Below are positions 52,451 to 60,951 of a stretch of 64,000 nucleotides of DNA, one piece after another. The translations under genes were made by a program, and so were the position numbers. The notes under the pieces are model-generated. The model saw only the letters and a program-made list of their open reading frames with translations. It was not told the DNA's origin and did no database searches. The DNA is taken from IMG/VR virus record IMGVR_UViG_3300045988_115217. One strand, written 5' to 3'. The stretch comes from a virus. Every line of letters begins with the position of its first letter. The first letter of the stretch is position 1.

Positions 52451-55255
52451 ATGTCTAAGAAGCTCACATCAAAACAACAGAAAGAACAACTGAATAATCT
52501 GTTCGCCGTTTATAACAAGCGGTTGGGCAGATTATACAGCGATTATGTCAAGAAGCTCACCTCTCTTGGCTATGGAGAAGATGTGCTCGAAGATGATGCG
52601 CTTTTTAACTTTGATAACTTTCCGCAGTTAAAGGCTCGTCTGAACGACATCTTTAATGATTACTATCAGAATAGCCTTCTTTGTTATAAGAGCGGCATCA
52701 CCGATAGCGTTGCGTTGGCGTATAACCACGATAAAATGGTAATAGGCGGTTATTCCGTGCTTACTGATAAAGCTATAAGGGTCGCACGAGATACCGCCGC
52801 AGCCACGTTTATTTCAAATCGCTTAAAAACAAAGAACGGATTGAATCTCGCTCAGACTGTTTGGAACTACTGCCAACAGACGAAGAGTGAGTTTGAAATG
52901 GCTATGAGTAATACCATTGCGGACGGAATTAAACAAGGCTCATCAGCAGAGGAAATAGGCAAAAGCATTCGCAGATACCTCAACGACCCAGATATGATGT
53001 ATCGCCGTTATCATACCATCAAGGTTCAGAAGAACGGAAAGAAGAAAGATGTGGTGACTTGGCGCAGACGTAGAATCATAGACGGCAAGGTACGCTTCAT
53101 TGAAGAGCCATTGGAGAAGGTAGGCATGGGTGTTTACCGCTCAGCAAGAAAGAATGCTCTCAGAGTAGCAAGAACGGAAATAAATTCAGCATATCATAAG
53201 GCAAGAAATGAACGATGGCAGAACGAGCCGTTCGTTATCGGTCAGTATATTCATGTGTCTCCACAGCACAATATTGATGATATATGCAACGACCTTGAAG
53301 GTCGCTATCCGAAAGATTTCGATTGGCGAAGTTGGCATTCGAACTGTATCTGCACCTCAGACCCTATCACCATACAAGGCGAGGAGAAGAAGGAGTTTTA
53401 TAAACGCTTGATGGCTGGCGAGGATATGAGCAACTACGTATCCCCTTTTGCCGTGCTCACCATGCCCGAAAAGTACAATCAGTACATCAAGGATAACTCC
53501 GAAGCTATCGTGAAGGCAGGAATGAGGGGTAAATTGGCTTGGCATTTACAAGATAATACAAAGTATTGGGCACACCTTTTAAGCCAGTCAGACCGCAATA
53601 AATTGGGGTTAAAGGCGGTTTCTTCTAGGGACCTTATACTTGCGAAAGCAAAGGAACGTCACGCCCTTAGAACTAAAGAGCAGATAGATAAGATACAGAG
53701 CCGATGGGATAAGCATAGACGTGACTATTACAATGGCTTGGTCCATAATCTGCTCGGAAGCAAATCTGTTACAGATATAAAGAGCCAAGACCTCTTTGAA
53801 CGTTACTATGCTATCCGCTACGCAATCAAGGACAAAAAGAGTGCTTCTGAAATAGCTTCTTTGTTTGATAGATTCAAGCGAGGTTATCAAACCAAACTTG
53901 CATGGACTGACCGCAAGGTTGCTATGAATGTTATGAAGGTGGCTGCTAATTACGGAGAGACCGATATTTCTTCCATTCTAAGCGCATTAAAATCTGCTGA
54001 CTATACATTGGCTAGGAAAGAAGCAAAAACACTCGCAAACACCATTTTTGCCATCAAAAAGGATGAGCAATCGCTTTCTGCTCTCATCCCTGATGTCAAT
54101 AAGTGGCATAAGCAGTTCACGTCACAGGAATTGCACGGAGTATATGATGCCGTAGAAGCGAAGTTGGCTCAATGGCAAAGCTTGACGCTTGAAAAGCAAG
54201 CTAGCAAATTGCAATTTGAGGCAGTTAATTTCCTTGGTGGAAATATGCACGGGGTTCAACAGAAGTATGCTACATGGAAGGTATCGCAAGCAGCATATTT
54301 CAAAAAGCTTGATGAGGTAAATACGGCAATTGATTGGATAAATATCAATAAAGCCTACGGCGATGTAAAGGGTTATAAGACACAGAGCAAGATATATCAT
54401 AAGCTTATCTATGACCTTGAACATGCTATGCTTGCAAAAGATAAGACCCTTGCTGAGCAGTTGCTTTATGAAGCTAAGCAAAAGAAAGAAACGCTTATTA
54501 ATGCGAAAGCAAAACGAAATGCGAAGAATGTTGTATTTGATACAGACCGATTCTCTCAATCAAGGAAAGATGCCGCAGTATGGGATAAGGGTAATGGTGC
54601 AAAAGCAGATAAAACCCTCATAGATACTGCATCCAAACAATGGATAGCAGCAACAGAAAAAGAAAAAGATTTCACATACGAATACACTCATCATTATTGC
54701 GATGTAAATGAACCATTACAAGGAAGAAAATATGATAATTACCAAACGAAGGAAAGATTTATAGAGAAGGTTAATAATATAACAAGCTATATAGAAAAGA
54801 ACGAACTTCCTACCGATATGTGGTTTACAAGAGGTGATGATGGAATGAAAGTTATTGAATCACGAATTAAGTTCGCTGGCGGTTCTATGCCAAATAACCT
54901 TCAAGACCTTGTTGGAATGGAAATGCAAGAAGGTGGTTTTATGTCAACTGGTAGCCGAAAAGGAAAAGGCTTCAATACTCGAAGCGTTATTATGAACATA
55001 TATGCACCAAAAGGAACAAAGGCTGCTTACGTAGAACCTTTCTCTGCTTTCGGTTGTGGTGATAAAAGAAGTTGGGATGGAGTAAGTCGTTTCTCTACAT
55101 ATAGTTCCGAGCACGAAACACTCTTTCAGAGAGGAACACGAATGCGAATAACAAAGGTTTATGAAGAAGATGGAAAGACCTACATAGACTGCGAGGTTAT
55201 AGGACAAGAAATAAGAGATTTATCTTATGTAAAGGATAGCAATATCGGATATTAA
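52451..55255 (+). CDS. MuF/SPP1-gp7-like head protein fused to C-terminal ADP-ribosyltransferase toxin domain
   Basis: MuF core ARTEINSAYH...WHSNCIC; C-terminal R-S-E triad WFTRG / GFMSTGS / SEHETLFQRG. Confidence 0.8.
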   Translation: MSKKLTSKQQKEQLNNLFAVYNKRLGRLYSDYVKKLTSLGYGEDVLEDDALFNFDNFPQLKARLNDIFNDYYQNSLLCYKSGITDSVALAYNHDKMVIGGYSVLTDKAIRVARDTAAATFISNRLKTKNGLNLAQTVWNYCQQTKSEFEMAMSNTIADGIKQGSSAEEIGKSIRRYLNDPDMMYRRYHTIKVQKNGKKKDVVTWRRRRIIDGKVRFIEEPLEKVGMGVYRSARKNALRVARTEINSAYHKARNERWQNEPFVIGQYIHVSPQHNIDDICNDLEGRYPKDFDWRSWHSNCICTSDPITIQGEEKKEFYKRLMAGEDMSNYVSPFAVLTMPEKYNQYIKDNSEAIVKAGMRGKLAWHLQDNTKYWAHLLSQSDRNKLGLKAVSSRDLILAKAKERHALRTKEQIDKIQSRWDKHRRDYYNGLVHNLLGSKSVTDIKSQDLFERYYAIRYAIKDKKSASEIASLFDRFKRGYQTKLAWTDRKVAMNVMKVAANYGETDISSILSALKSADYTLARKEAKTLANTIFAIKKDEQSLSALIPDVNKWHKQFTSQELHGVYDAVEAKLAQWQSLTLEKQASKLQFEAVNFLGGNMHGVQQKYATWKVSQAAYFKKLDEVNTAIDWININKAYGDVKGYKTQSKIYHKLIYDLEHAMLAKDKTLAEQLLYEAKQKKETLINAKAKRNAKNVVFDTDRFSQSRKDAAVWDKGNGAKADKTLIDTASKQWIAATEKEKDFTYEYTHHYCDVNEPLQGRKYDNYQTKERFIEKVNNITSYIEKNELPTDMWFTRGDDGMKVIESRIKFAGGSMPNNLQDLVGMEMQEGGFMSTGSRKGKGFNTRSVIMNIYAPKGTKAAYVEPFSAFGCGDKRSWDGVSRFSTYSSEHETLFQRGTRMRITKVYEEDGKTYIDCEVIGQEIRDLSYVKDSNIGY

Positions 55256-55257
55256 AT

Positions 55258-55292
55258 AAAAAAAGGTGTACCATTACGGCGCACCTTTTTTC
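55258..55292. terminator. Bidirectional terminator
   Basis: aaaaggtg/cacctttt stem with flanking A and T runs between convergent genes. Confidence 0.7.
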
Positions 55293-55293
55293 G

Positions 55294-55632
55294 TTATAGT
55301 TCGTTTGGGATTTTATCCTCTGGGAAATGGTCGTTTGGGATAAAGAGGTATTCGTCTATCAGCTTATAGAAACTATCTATCTCTTCCTTAATATTGTAGG
55401 CTGCTTTAGCCCAGGAAGTGAACATTATAATAAGCAATGTATGTGGAATCCCCTTATATTCCTTACCATTGATTTTCTTATAATATTCTTCCTCACCTTT
55501 AAACTTTCCTTCGCTATTAACATACACTCTTTCCATATCCCAAAACCAAGCCATATTTTCGTTGGTATTTGGGTTTTCTCCACCTCTATAGTATCGGCAG
55601 TGCTTAATTAAATCTTCCTTACTCATAGCCAT
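55294..55632 (-). CDS. Hypothetical protein
   Basis: Start moved to MAMSKEDL (AAGGAGAT upstream). Confidence 0.55.
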   Translation of the reverse strand: MAMSKEDLIKHCRYYRGGENPNTNENMAWFWDMERVYVNSEGKFKGEEEYYKKINGKEYKGIPHTLLIIMFTSWAKAAYNIKEEIDSFYKLIDEYLFIPNDHFPEDKIPNEL

Positions 55633-55659
55633 ATCTCCTTTTCTATTGTTAATAATTCG

Positions 55660-55667
55660 CAAAAATA
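55660..55667 (-). promoter_or_regulatory. -7 box TATTTTTG
   Basis: Forward cgcaaaaata, 28 nt upstream of ATG 55632. Confidence 0.5.
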
Positions 55668-55701
55668 CGAAGAAATATTGAGCTATCCAAATATTTTTCA
55701 T

Positions 55702-55709
55702 TACTTTTG
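55702..55709 (+). promoter_or_regulatory. -7 box TACTTTTG, divergent
   Basis: TAnnTTTG with no ORF downstream. Confidence 0.4.
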
Positions 55710-55715
55710 CATTAT

Positions 55716-55818
55716 TGTTGTTATAGGTATGTATCTCCTATATACCCACAACGTTAAACAAAACAATTATTTACATTCAGCATCGCCCTTATTCGTATCT
55801 CCGAGGGCGGTGTTTTTT
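55716..55818 (+). ncRNA. Candidate small RNA (~100 nt) antisense to a minus-strand leader
   Basis: Ends in cgccct/agggcg hairpin + T6 (55784-55818); loop carries GTATCTCC. Confidence 0.3.
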
Positions 55819-55820
55819 GT

Positions 55821-56060
55821 TTATAAGAACTCCTTTAAAGCAACATGATAGACATCATACACAAGGTAAGTAACGTATAATACGGCTACCTTATCAATCA
55901 CAAAAGTGGGATAAGGATTGCCGTCTCTAATAATTTCGTTCAACGTCCATTTCGGGTACTTAGCAGAATATTGCTTCAATGCTTTCAGAAGTTCATTCAA
56001 CCTTTCTTCCCCGAATGCTTGCTTTATCTTCTCCTGATTTCTGAGAGCGAAACGAGCCAT
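55821..56060 (-). CDS. Hypothetical protein
   Basis: 79-aa ORF, GGAGG 6 nt upstream. Confidence 0.55.
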   Translation of the reverse strand: MARFALRNQEKIKQAFGEERLNELLKALKQYSAKYPKWTLNEIIRDGNPYPTFVIDKVAVLYVTYLVYDVYHVALKEFL

Positions 56061-56101
56061 AATTTACCTCCTACATCTAACGATTGTATATTCTGTTGTT
56101 T

Positions 56102-56335
56102 TTATTTTTCTACTTCATAAAGATATTGAATATCCCCACCGCCAAGAATGAGGATAACCGAAGGTTCGCCGAGCATTGGCTGCTTATGGAAATCACACCA
56201 ATACCAATGATTCCGTTTTAGCTTACCTTCTATTACATTCAGCACCAAACCGTTCTTTTCAGGAGCTTCAAGATAATCCTTGCCCTGTCGCATATCTAAG
56301 CGATGCAAGGCTAAAAGTACGTCAAATGCTCTCAT
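56102..56335 (-). CDS. Hypothetical protein
   Basis: 77-aa ORF. Confidence 0.5.
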   Translation of the reverse strand: MRAFDVLLALHRLDMRQGKDYLEAPEKNGLVLNVIEGKLKRNHWYWCDFHKQPMLGEPSVILILGGGDIQYLYEVEK

Positions 56336-56338
56336 ATC

Positions 56339-56560
56339 TTACTCAGCTTTATCAACGATAACAAGGTTTTTTAATCTCTCCAAGAATGTGTGGTAATCAT
56401 CTTCGCAGAGAATAACTTGACCGCCCGTTGGTGTGGTCTTGCAATTAAGCTTTATAGATGTTGTTATATCCTCATTTCGTGAAGGTTCAACGTAAGCGAT
56501 TTTATCTATATTAACAAGGGTACAATACCCTTTATATTTTACCTCAATAAACTTTGCCAT
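56339..56560 (-). CDS. Hypothetical protein
   Basis: 73-aa ORF. Confidence 0.5.
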   Translation of the reverse strand: MAKFIEVKYKGYCTLVNIDKIAYVEPSRNEDITTSIKLNCKTTPTGGQVILCEDDYHTFLERLKNLVIVDKAE

Positions 56561-56573
56561 AATTTTATCTTTT

Positions 56574-57002
56574 TTACATTACATCTTCGTTTAAAAATTC
56601 AATCCAAGCCTCATTGAATACCCTTTTCAGCCTTTCGTCTGTTTTTAAATCAACACGAGTGATAAAGAGCGGAGGTAGTGCATCCTGCGGTGTATCAGTA
56701 TATCCGCATTCATGGTTAGCGAACTCGTATTTCAGAGCCGTTTTTAAGTTGTCGTCATCCTTTAGAAAATCTGTAATTTCCTTCTCGGTTCGCTCAAAAT
56801 ACTCATCGAAAAGAGGTTTATCTTCTACCAGACAATAGCAACCAGAAACAAGCATACTGACCTTAGCAATATCCTCTTTGCTGGTCGTAAATCCCCATTG
56901 TTTCATTATTTCTTCAAACTGCTTTTTGCCAAAAGCTACCTTCATAGGAAGTTTGCGAAACTCTTTCGATTGCTTCATTTTCAATTCCAAAAACTTATTC
57001 AT
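56574..57002 (-). CDS. Hypothetical protein
   Basis: Start moved to MNKFLEL (AGGAGA 8 nt upstream). Confidence 0.55.
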   Translation of the reverse strand: MNKFLELKMKQSKEFRKLPMKVAFGKKQFEEIMKQWGFTTSKEDIAKVSMLVSGCYCLVEDKPLFDEYFERTEKEITDFLKDDDNLKTALKYEFANHECGYTDTPQDALPPLFITRVDLKTDERLKRVFNEAWIEFLNEDVM

Positions 57003-57015
57003 AATCATTTCTCCT

Positions 57016-58176
57016 TTAGATTTCAACGACCTCAATACCTTTCTTTGGATTCTTGGTTGCTCTATCCAAACTTACCTTACCTTTGAAGATTCCTTTGACA
57101 AGTGCGTAAAACTCGGTGCGCTTGATGCCATTTTCTTCGGTTGTAGGTATCTTGCCATAACGCTCGCATTCTACGCCTTTATCCGTAAGAATGGTATTGA
57201 TTTCCATTACGCCGTAGTAGGATTCCTCGAAGCGTCTCTGAACTACCTTTCCGCAGACCTTGACCTGATTTCCTTTCTCTATATTCAGTCCTGTTTTCAA
57301 GCTATCCTCATAAGCCTTGACAAGGAAGAAAGCATGAACCTCTTCATCTTTATAACAATAGAAATCATTCGCTACTCTGACCATTTCTTTCTCGAACTCG
57401 GACTGTGGCTCGATTTTCTTTCCGAACTCACAAACGGCTTCTACATAAGCGTTGTTAACCTTGAAATTCTTGCTATTCAAAATTGTATCGATTCCTTCCA
57501 AGGTTTCTGAGCGGAAATAAGAAACACCCTGCTTTCTGCCTTTTTTATAAATAGGGCAAATGTTGTATTGAGCCTTAGCTGCCATGATAAGGTCAGCCTT
57601 AACGATAGCATCTTTATAGCTCACATCCTTGCCACCTCGCCAGAGAAGTACGTCACCATATTCCTCATCGGTAGCGTAATTAATTCGGTAGTCGTACAGT
57701 TTATAGAGCTTTCGGGTAAAATCAGAAAGGTAATCGAAGCGACCTAAGCCAAATTTCTTTACGCATTCGCAGCCAATCTGTAATTCCTCACCTGTCTTTA
57801 CGTTTTCGATTACATAAGCATTCTTACACCAATGACCGCAGTAGTCACACTTGCCGTAATCAATACCATGTTCAGGGTTTTTAAAGATAAGCTCCTTGCT
57901 TGGGTCGGTTGGCATAAATGCGCCATCCTTATAAGTTGCAAGCAATCTCCAGTCGCTCTCTTCGGGCATATTGATAACAAGGTCGCAGACCTCGTGAAAA
58001 ACCTTGATACAACGACCAGCCATTCCGTTTTCTTCAATGACAGGATGACGGAAAAGCTTCTCATAAGGCTTACCTACCGAATAGGTAAAGCCTTCGACGT
58101 TCTTCTGTGTCTTTTTTGCGAATTTCTCAAAAGCCACAACTGACTCTGATGGAATAAAAGTTTTAATTGTCTCCAT
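57016..58176 (-). CDS. Hypothetical protein with Cys cluster and OB-fold-like C-terminus
   Basis: 386 aa; CDYCGHWC...CECVKKFG; GGAGATAC leader. Confidence 0.6.
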   Translation of the reverse strand: METIKTFIPSESVVAFEKFAKKTQKNVEGFTYSVGKPYEKLFRHPVIEENGMAGRCIKVFHEVCDLVINMPEESDWRLLATYKDGAFMPTDPSKELIFKNPEHGIDYGKCDYCGHWCKNAYVIENVKTGEELQIGCECVKKFGLGRFDYLSDFTRKLYKLYDYRINYATDEEYGDVLLWRGGKDVSYKDAIVKADLIMAAKAQYNICPIYKKGRKQGVSYFRSETLEGIDTILNSKNFKVNNAYVEAVCEFGKKIEPQSEFEKEMVRVANDFYCYKDEEVHAFFLVKAYEDSLKTGLNIEKGNQVKVCGKVVQRRFEESYYGVMEINTILTDKGVECERYGKIPTTEENGIKRTEFYALVKGIFKGKVSLDRATKNPKKGIEVVEI

Positions 58177-58200
58177 TGTTGTATCTCCTATAATTTAAAT

Positions 58201-58587
58201 TTAATCCAGTTTTGAAACCAAGTAATCAATTTCCTCTTCGCTGAGTGCAATCTTATTCTTGCGCTTAATCTTAATGGTGTTATCCATTCCGATTTTCTTC
58301 ATCGCAATATTGAGTGAATTGCCACCCTGTGCTTCTGTTACAAGCATCTCTTCAACGAAGTCAAGCATATCCTGGTCGTGAGCTTTCTGCTCTTCAAGCA
58401 ACTTCTTTTCAAGCACCTCTGCCTTTTTAACAAATGAACAACCCATCTCGATAGCAAAATCATCTTTAATATTCTGTATCATCTGTTTTATGTCACAGAT
58501 GCTAAAGAATTGGTTAAAGTATGTATCACCGCAACCCTTACCCATTAAAGCCATAAGATGCTTAATTTCTTCTTGCTTTGTCATCAT
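58201..58587 (-). CDS. Hypothetical protein, first gene of second early operon
   Basis: 128 aa; promoter + GGAGATAC leader cassette upstream. Confidence 0.6.
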   Translation of the reverse strand: MMTKQEEIKHLMALMGKGCGDTYFNQFFSICDIKQMIQNIKDDFAIEMGCSFVKKAEVLEKKLLEEQKAHDQDMLDFVEEMLVTEAQGGNSLNIAMKKIGMDNTIKIKRKNKIALSEEEIDYLVSKLD

Positions 58588-58632
58588 TGTCGTATCTCCT
58601 ATAATTAATTGCTATTATTAATTTTTATACCG

Positions 58633-58640
58633 CAAAATTA
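58633..58640 (-). promoter_or_regulatory. -7 box TAATTTTG (early-type)
   Basis: accgcaaaattaata.tttcttttcagat block shared with 31.09 kb. Confidence 0.65.
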
Positions 58641-58667
58641 ATATTTTCTTTTCAGATAGACAAATTT

Positions 58668-58685
58668 TCTATTAATTTTCTATTA
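58668..58685 (+). promoter_or_regulatory. TCTATTA doublet (candidate operator)
   Basis: tctattaattttctatta, 11-nt spacing. Confidence 0.5.
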
Positions 58686-58775
58686 GTATTTAATATTCTT
58701 TTAGGCTTAAATAGTAAATTAAAGATAATTTTATATAAAATATGATATATAATATGATATTAATCAATTTTTTGC

Positions 58776-58783
58776 TATCTTTG
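58776..58783 (+). promoter_or_regulatory. -7 box TATCTTTG (moron promoter)
   Basis: 24 nt upstream of ORF 58807. Confidence 0.5.
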
Positions 58784-58806
58784 CAATCTGACCAAATCTT
58801 AGAAAC

Positions 58807-59037
58807 ATGAGACAGATTTATAACGCATCACCAAAGGAGCTGACAACAATGGCTCGATGCTATCTTAAAGAAGGAATACTTAGCAGGGCATCATATTGCT
58901 ACGAGCGGCTGATGTACCTCGGTTGCTTGCGTAGAACGGGGTATCTTCGCCTTGCCTTAGTATATACCAAGCAAGGAAAAGATAACGCCGCAGAGCGCAT
59001 TATTGAGCGATATAAAACAATATATAAATTAATATAG
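58807..59037 (+). CDS. Small helical (TPR-like) protein
   Basis: 76-aa ORF in plus-strand moron. Confidence 0.5.
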   Translation: MRQIYNASPKELTTMARCYLKEGILSRASYCYERLMYLGCLRRTGYLRLALVYTKQGKDNAAERIIERYKTIYKLI

Positions 59038-59048
59038 GAGATACGAGT

Positions 59049-59516
59049 ATGAAGAAAGTTATTTTTGTTTGCATGATGCTGCTTGCATCAGTTCAGCTCT
59101 TTGCCCAGAGTTGGAAAACAACGGAGTTTAAAGCCGATGAGCTGAAAGGCACACAGGCTTATACCGCATATATCTACAATGATGAGAAAGGCAATTCTTT
59201 CATCTATTGGTCTAATACCGAGAAGAGAATAAGAATCATAAATAAGAATGGGATATTTAACGCCGATTATAATTGTTTTTTTTGGGCGACAATCGGATAT
59301 TACAATCAAGAAGGAAAGCTTATCTTAAAAAAACAGATAGGATTCAATACAATAAACGATGGGTATATCATAGCGGAACATAGTTCAAAAGAGGGAAGAA
59401 ATATTATCAATTATATCAGAAAAGAAAAAGGATATATAAGAATACTTGCCCCAGAATATAAATCCATAAATGATTGGGAGATAAAAATACCCTGCATAAA
59501 TAACGATAAACAATGA
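59049..59516 (+). CDS. Secreted protein (signal peptide)
   Basis: MKKVIFVCMMLLASVQLFAQ signal peptide; GGAGATAC leader. Confidence 0.65.
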   Translation: MKKVIFVCMMLLASVQLFAQSWKTTEFKADELKGTQAYTAYIYNDEKGNSFIYWSNTEKRIRIINKNGIFNADYNCFFWATIGYYNQEGKLILKKQIGFNTINDGYIIAEHSSKEGRNIINYIRKEKGYIRILAPEYKSINDWEIKIPCINNDKQ

Positions 59517-59645
59517 AAGAGATTGACCGAATAGAGACACATTCCTTGAAGGAAATCTTTGTTTGCTTGGCTGCTTGATAGCTATAAAAAGCTATCAAAG
59601 ATATTTGCCCCTTACATTGAAAAGATAAAAGGATAAGAAATAATT

Positions 59646-59678
59646 AAAGGCAGGGCGTATCTCCAAACCCTGCCTTTT
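59646..59678. terminator. Terminator closing the moron
   Basis: aaaggcaggg/ccctgccttt 10-bp stem; loop contains GTATCTCC. Confidence 0.7.
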
Positions 59679-59743
59679 ATATTTGTATCTCCATATTTAT
59701 TTACTTCATCATTGTATTACGTATCTCCTACTTACGCATGGCG

Positions 59744-59986
59744 TTAATCCTCTATTTCTACAACTTTATTATAGATATCCTCTGGTAAGATACCATCAAA
59801 TGCTCTGATTGCGCTTCCTAACCCATCGGTTATTGCTTCACCTTCCAACGAGTCATCAATACCCTCAGATACCAAGAACTTTATAGCCTTCTCCTGTACT
59901 GCCATAAGCTCTTTGAGCAGACCGACACACCGCTGAGTAGCATCATTATCAACTATTACCTCTATCATCATATTCCGATTATCCAT
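59744..59986 (-). CDS. Hypothetical acidic protein
   Basis: 80-aa ORF, ATAGGAGAAATC leader. Confidence 0.5.
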   Translation of the reverse strand: MDNRNMMIEVIVDNDATQRCVGLLKELMAVQEKAIKFLVSEGIDDSLEGEAITDGLGSAIRAFDGILPEDIYNKVVEIED

Positions 59987-60006
59987 TTTTGATTTCTCCT
60001 ATTCAA

Positions 60007-60951
60007 TTAAAAGTTAGACTGATTGTTTTTAGACACAAGCGCAGCTCTCTTCTCGCCGTTGATTTCAGCGATGGCATCTTTCACATTAAAGTCGTTGTTA
60101 TAGAGAGCAAGAATAAAACGCTTGCCACGTTGATTCCATACAAGGTTTACTTTTGTGCCCGTAGAACCATCACTCTTGATATAATTGTAGGTTCGGGTGC
60201 TTGCGAGCTGCCATTCACGGTACTTGCCCTTCAAATGCCAAGAACCTGATTGAAAGTATTGAATACCTGCATTGGAAAGTTGTTGATTGAGTGCTCTTGC
60301 GCTGATACCGAGGTCATCAGCAACTTGTGTGGTGGTAAGACAGTCCGTTGATGCAAGTGTATCATCGTAGTACTTTACCTTTGGTGCGGCAATAGTCAGT
60401 TCTTTCTGCTGAATGCCGATAGTCTGCGCCTGCTGCTCGGTCTGAGCTTCAAGCTCACGCACACGCTGCTCATTGCGCTTGATGGTCTCGTCAGCTACCT
60501 TCAAAGCTCGTGCCATAATCATTTCGGGAGTATCATTCTCGTGCGAGACAATGTAGCCGCCCTCCTTGCGCAAAGCTGGCAAGACCTCATCAAAGACCCA
60601 ATCTTGGAACTTGCGTGCGGCAGGCTTGCGAGACTGGAAGATGCAACGATAAAGGTCGGGCTCGGTAACAAAGTACATCTGAATTTGCTGAATTGCAGCC
60701 GTACCGTCTGACTTTGTTCCTGTTTCCACCCCTACATTAATTGAACTAATGTAGGGGGTAGAATCTTCTTTCGCTTTTGATACATTAATTGAACTAATGT
60801 GGCAAGCGTTTAGTCGATTTACGACAGCTCCAACTTGCAACCCAAGCGAATCACACACATCCTTCAAACAGAAGATAGGTTCACCCTTCTCATTCCGTGA
60901 AGTCCTAAGCTCTCCAAACATAGGAGAATTAAAAATTTCTACGTTCTTCAT
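60007..60951 (-). CDS. BRO-N / KilAC-domain antirepressor-like protein
   Basis: FGELRTSRNEKGEPIFCLKDVCDSLGL, SRKPAARKFQDWVFDEVLPALRKEGGY; C-terminal TTTQVADDLGISARALNQ. Confidence 0.8.
   Translation of the reverse strand: MKNVEIFNSPMFGELRTSRNEKGEPIFCLKDVCDSLGLQVGAVVNRLNACHISSINVSKAKEDSTPYISSINVGVETGTKSDGTAAIQQIQMYFVTEPDLYRCIFQSRKPAARKFQDWVFDEVLPALRKEGGYIVSHENDTPEMIMARALKVADETIKRNEQRVRELEAQTEQQAQTIGIQQKELTIAAPKVKYYDDTLASTDCLTTTQVADDLGISARALNQQLSNAGIQYFQSGSWHLKGKYREWQLASTRTYNYIKSDGSTGTKVNLVWNQRGKRFILALYNNDFNVKDAIAEINGEKRAALVSKNNQSNF
60733..60800 (-). repeat. 20-bp perfect direct repeat x2 inside BRO gene
   Basis: tacattaattgaactaatgt at 60733 and 60781, 48 nt apart, each internally palindromic. 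Confidence 0.85.
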
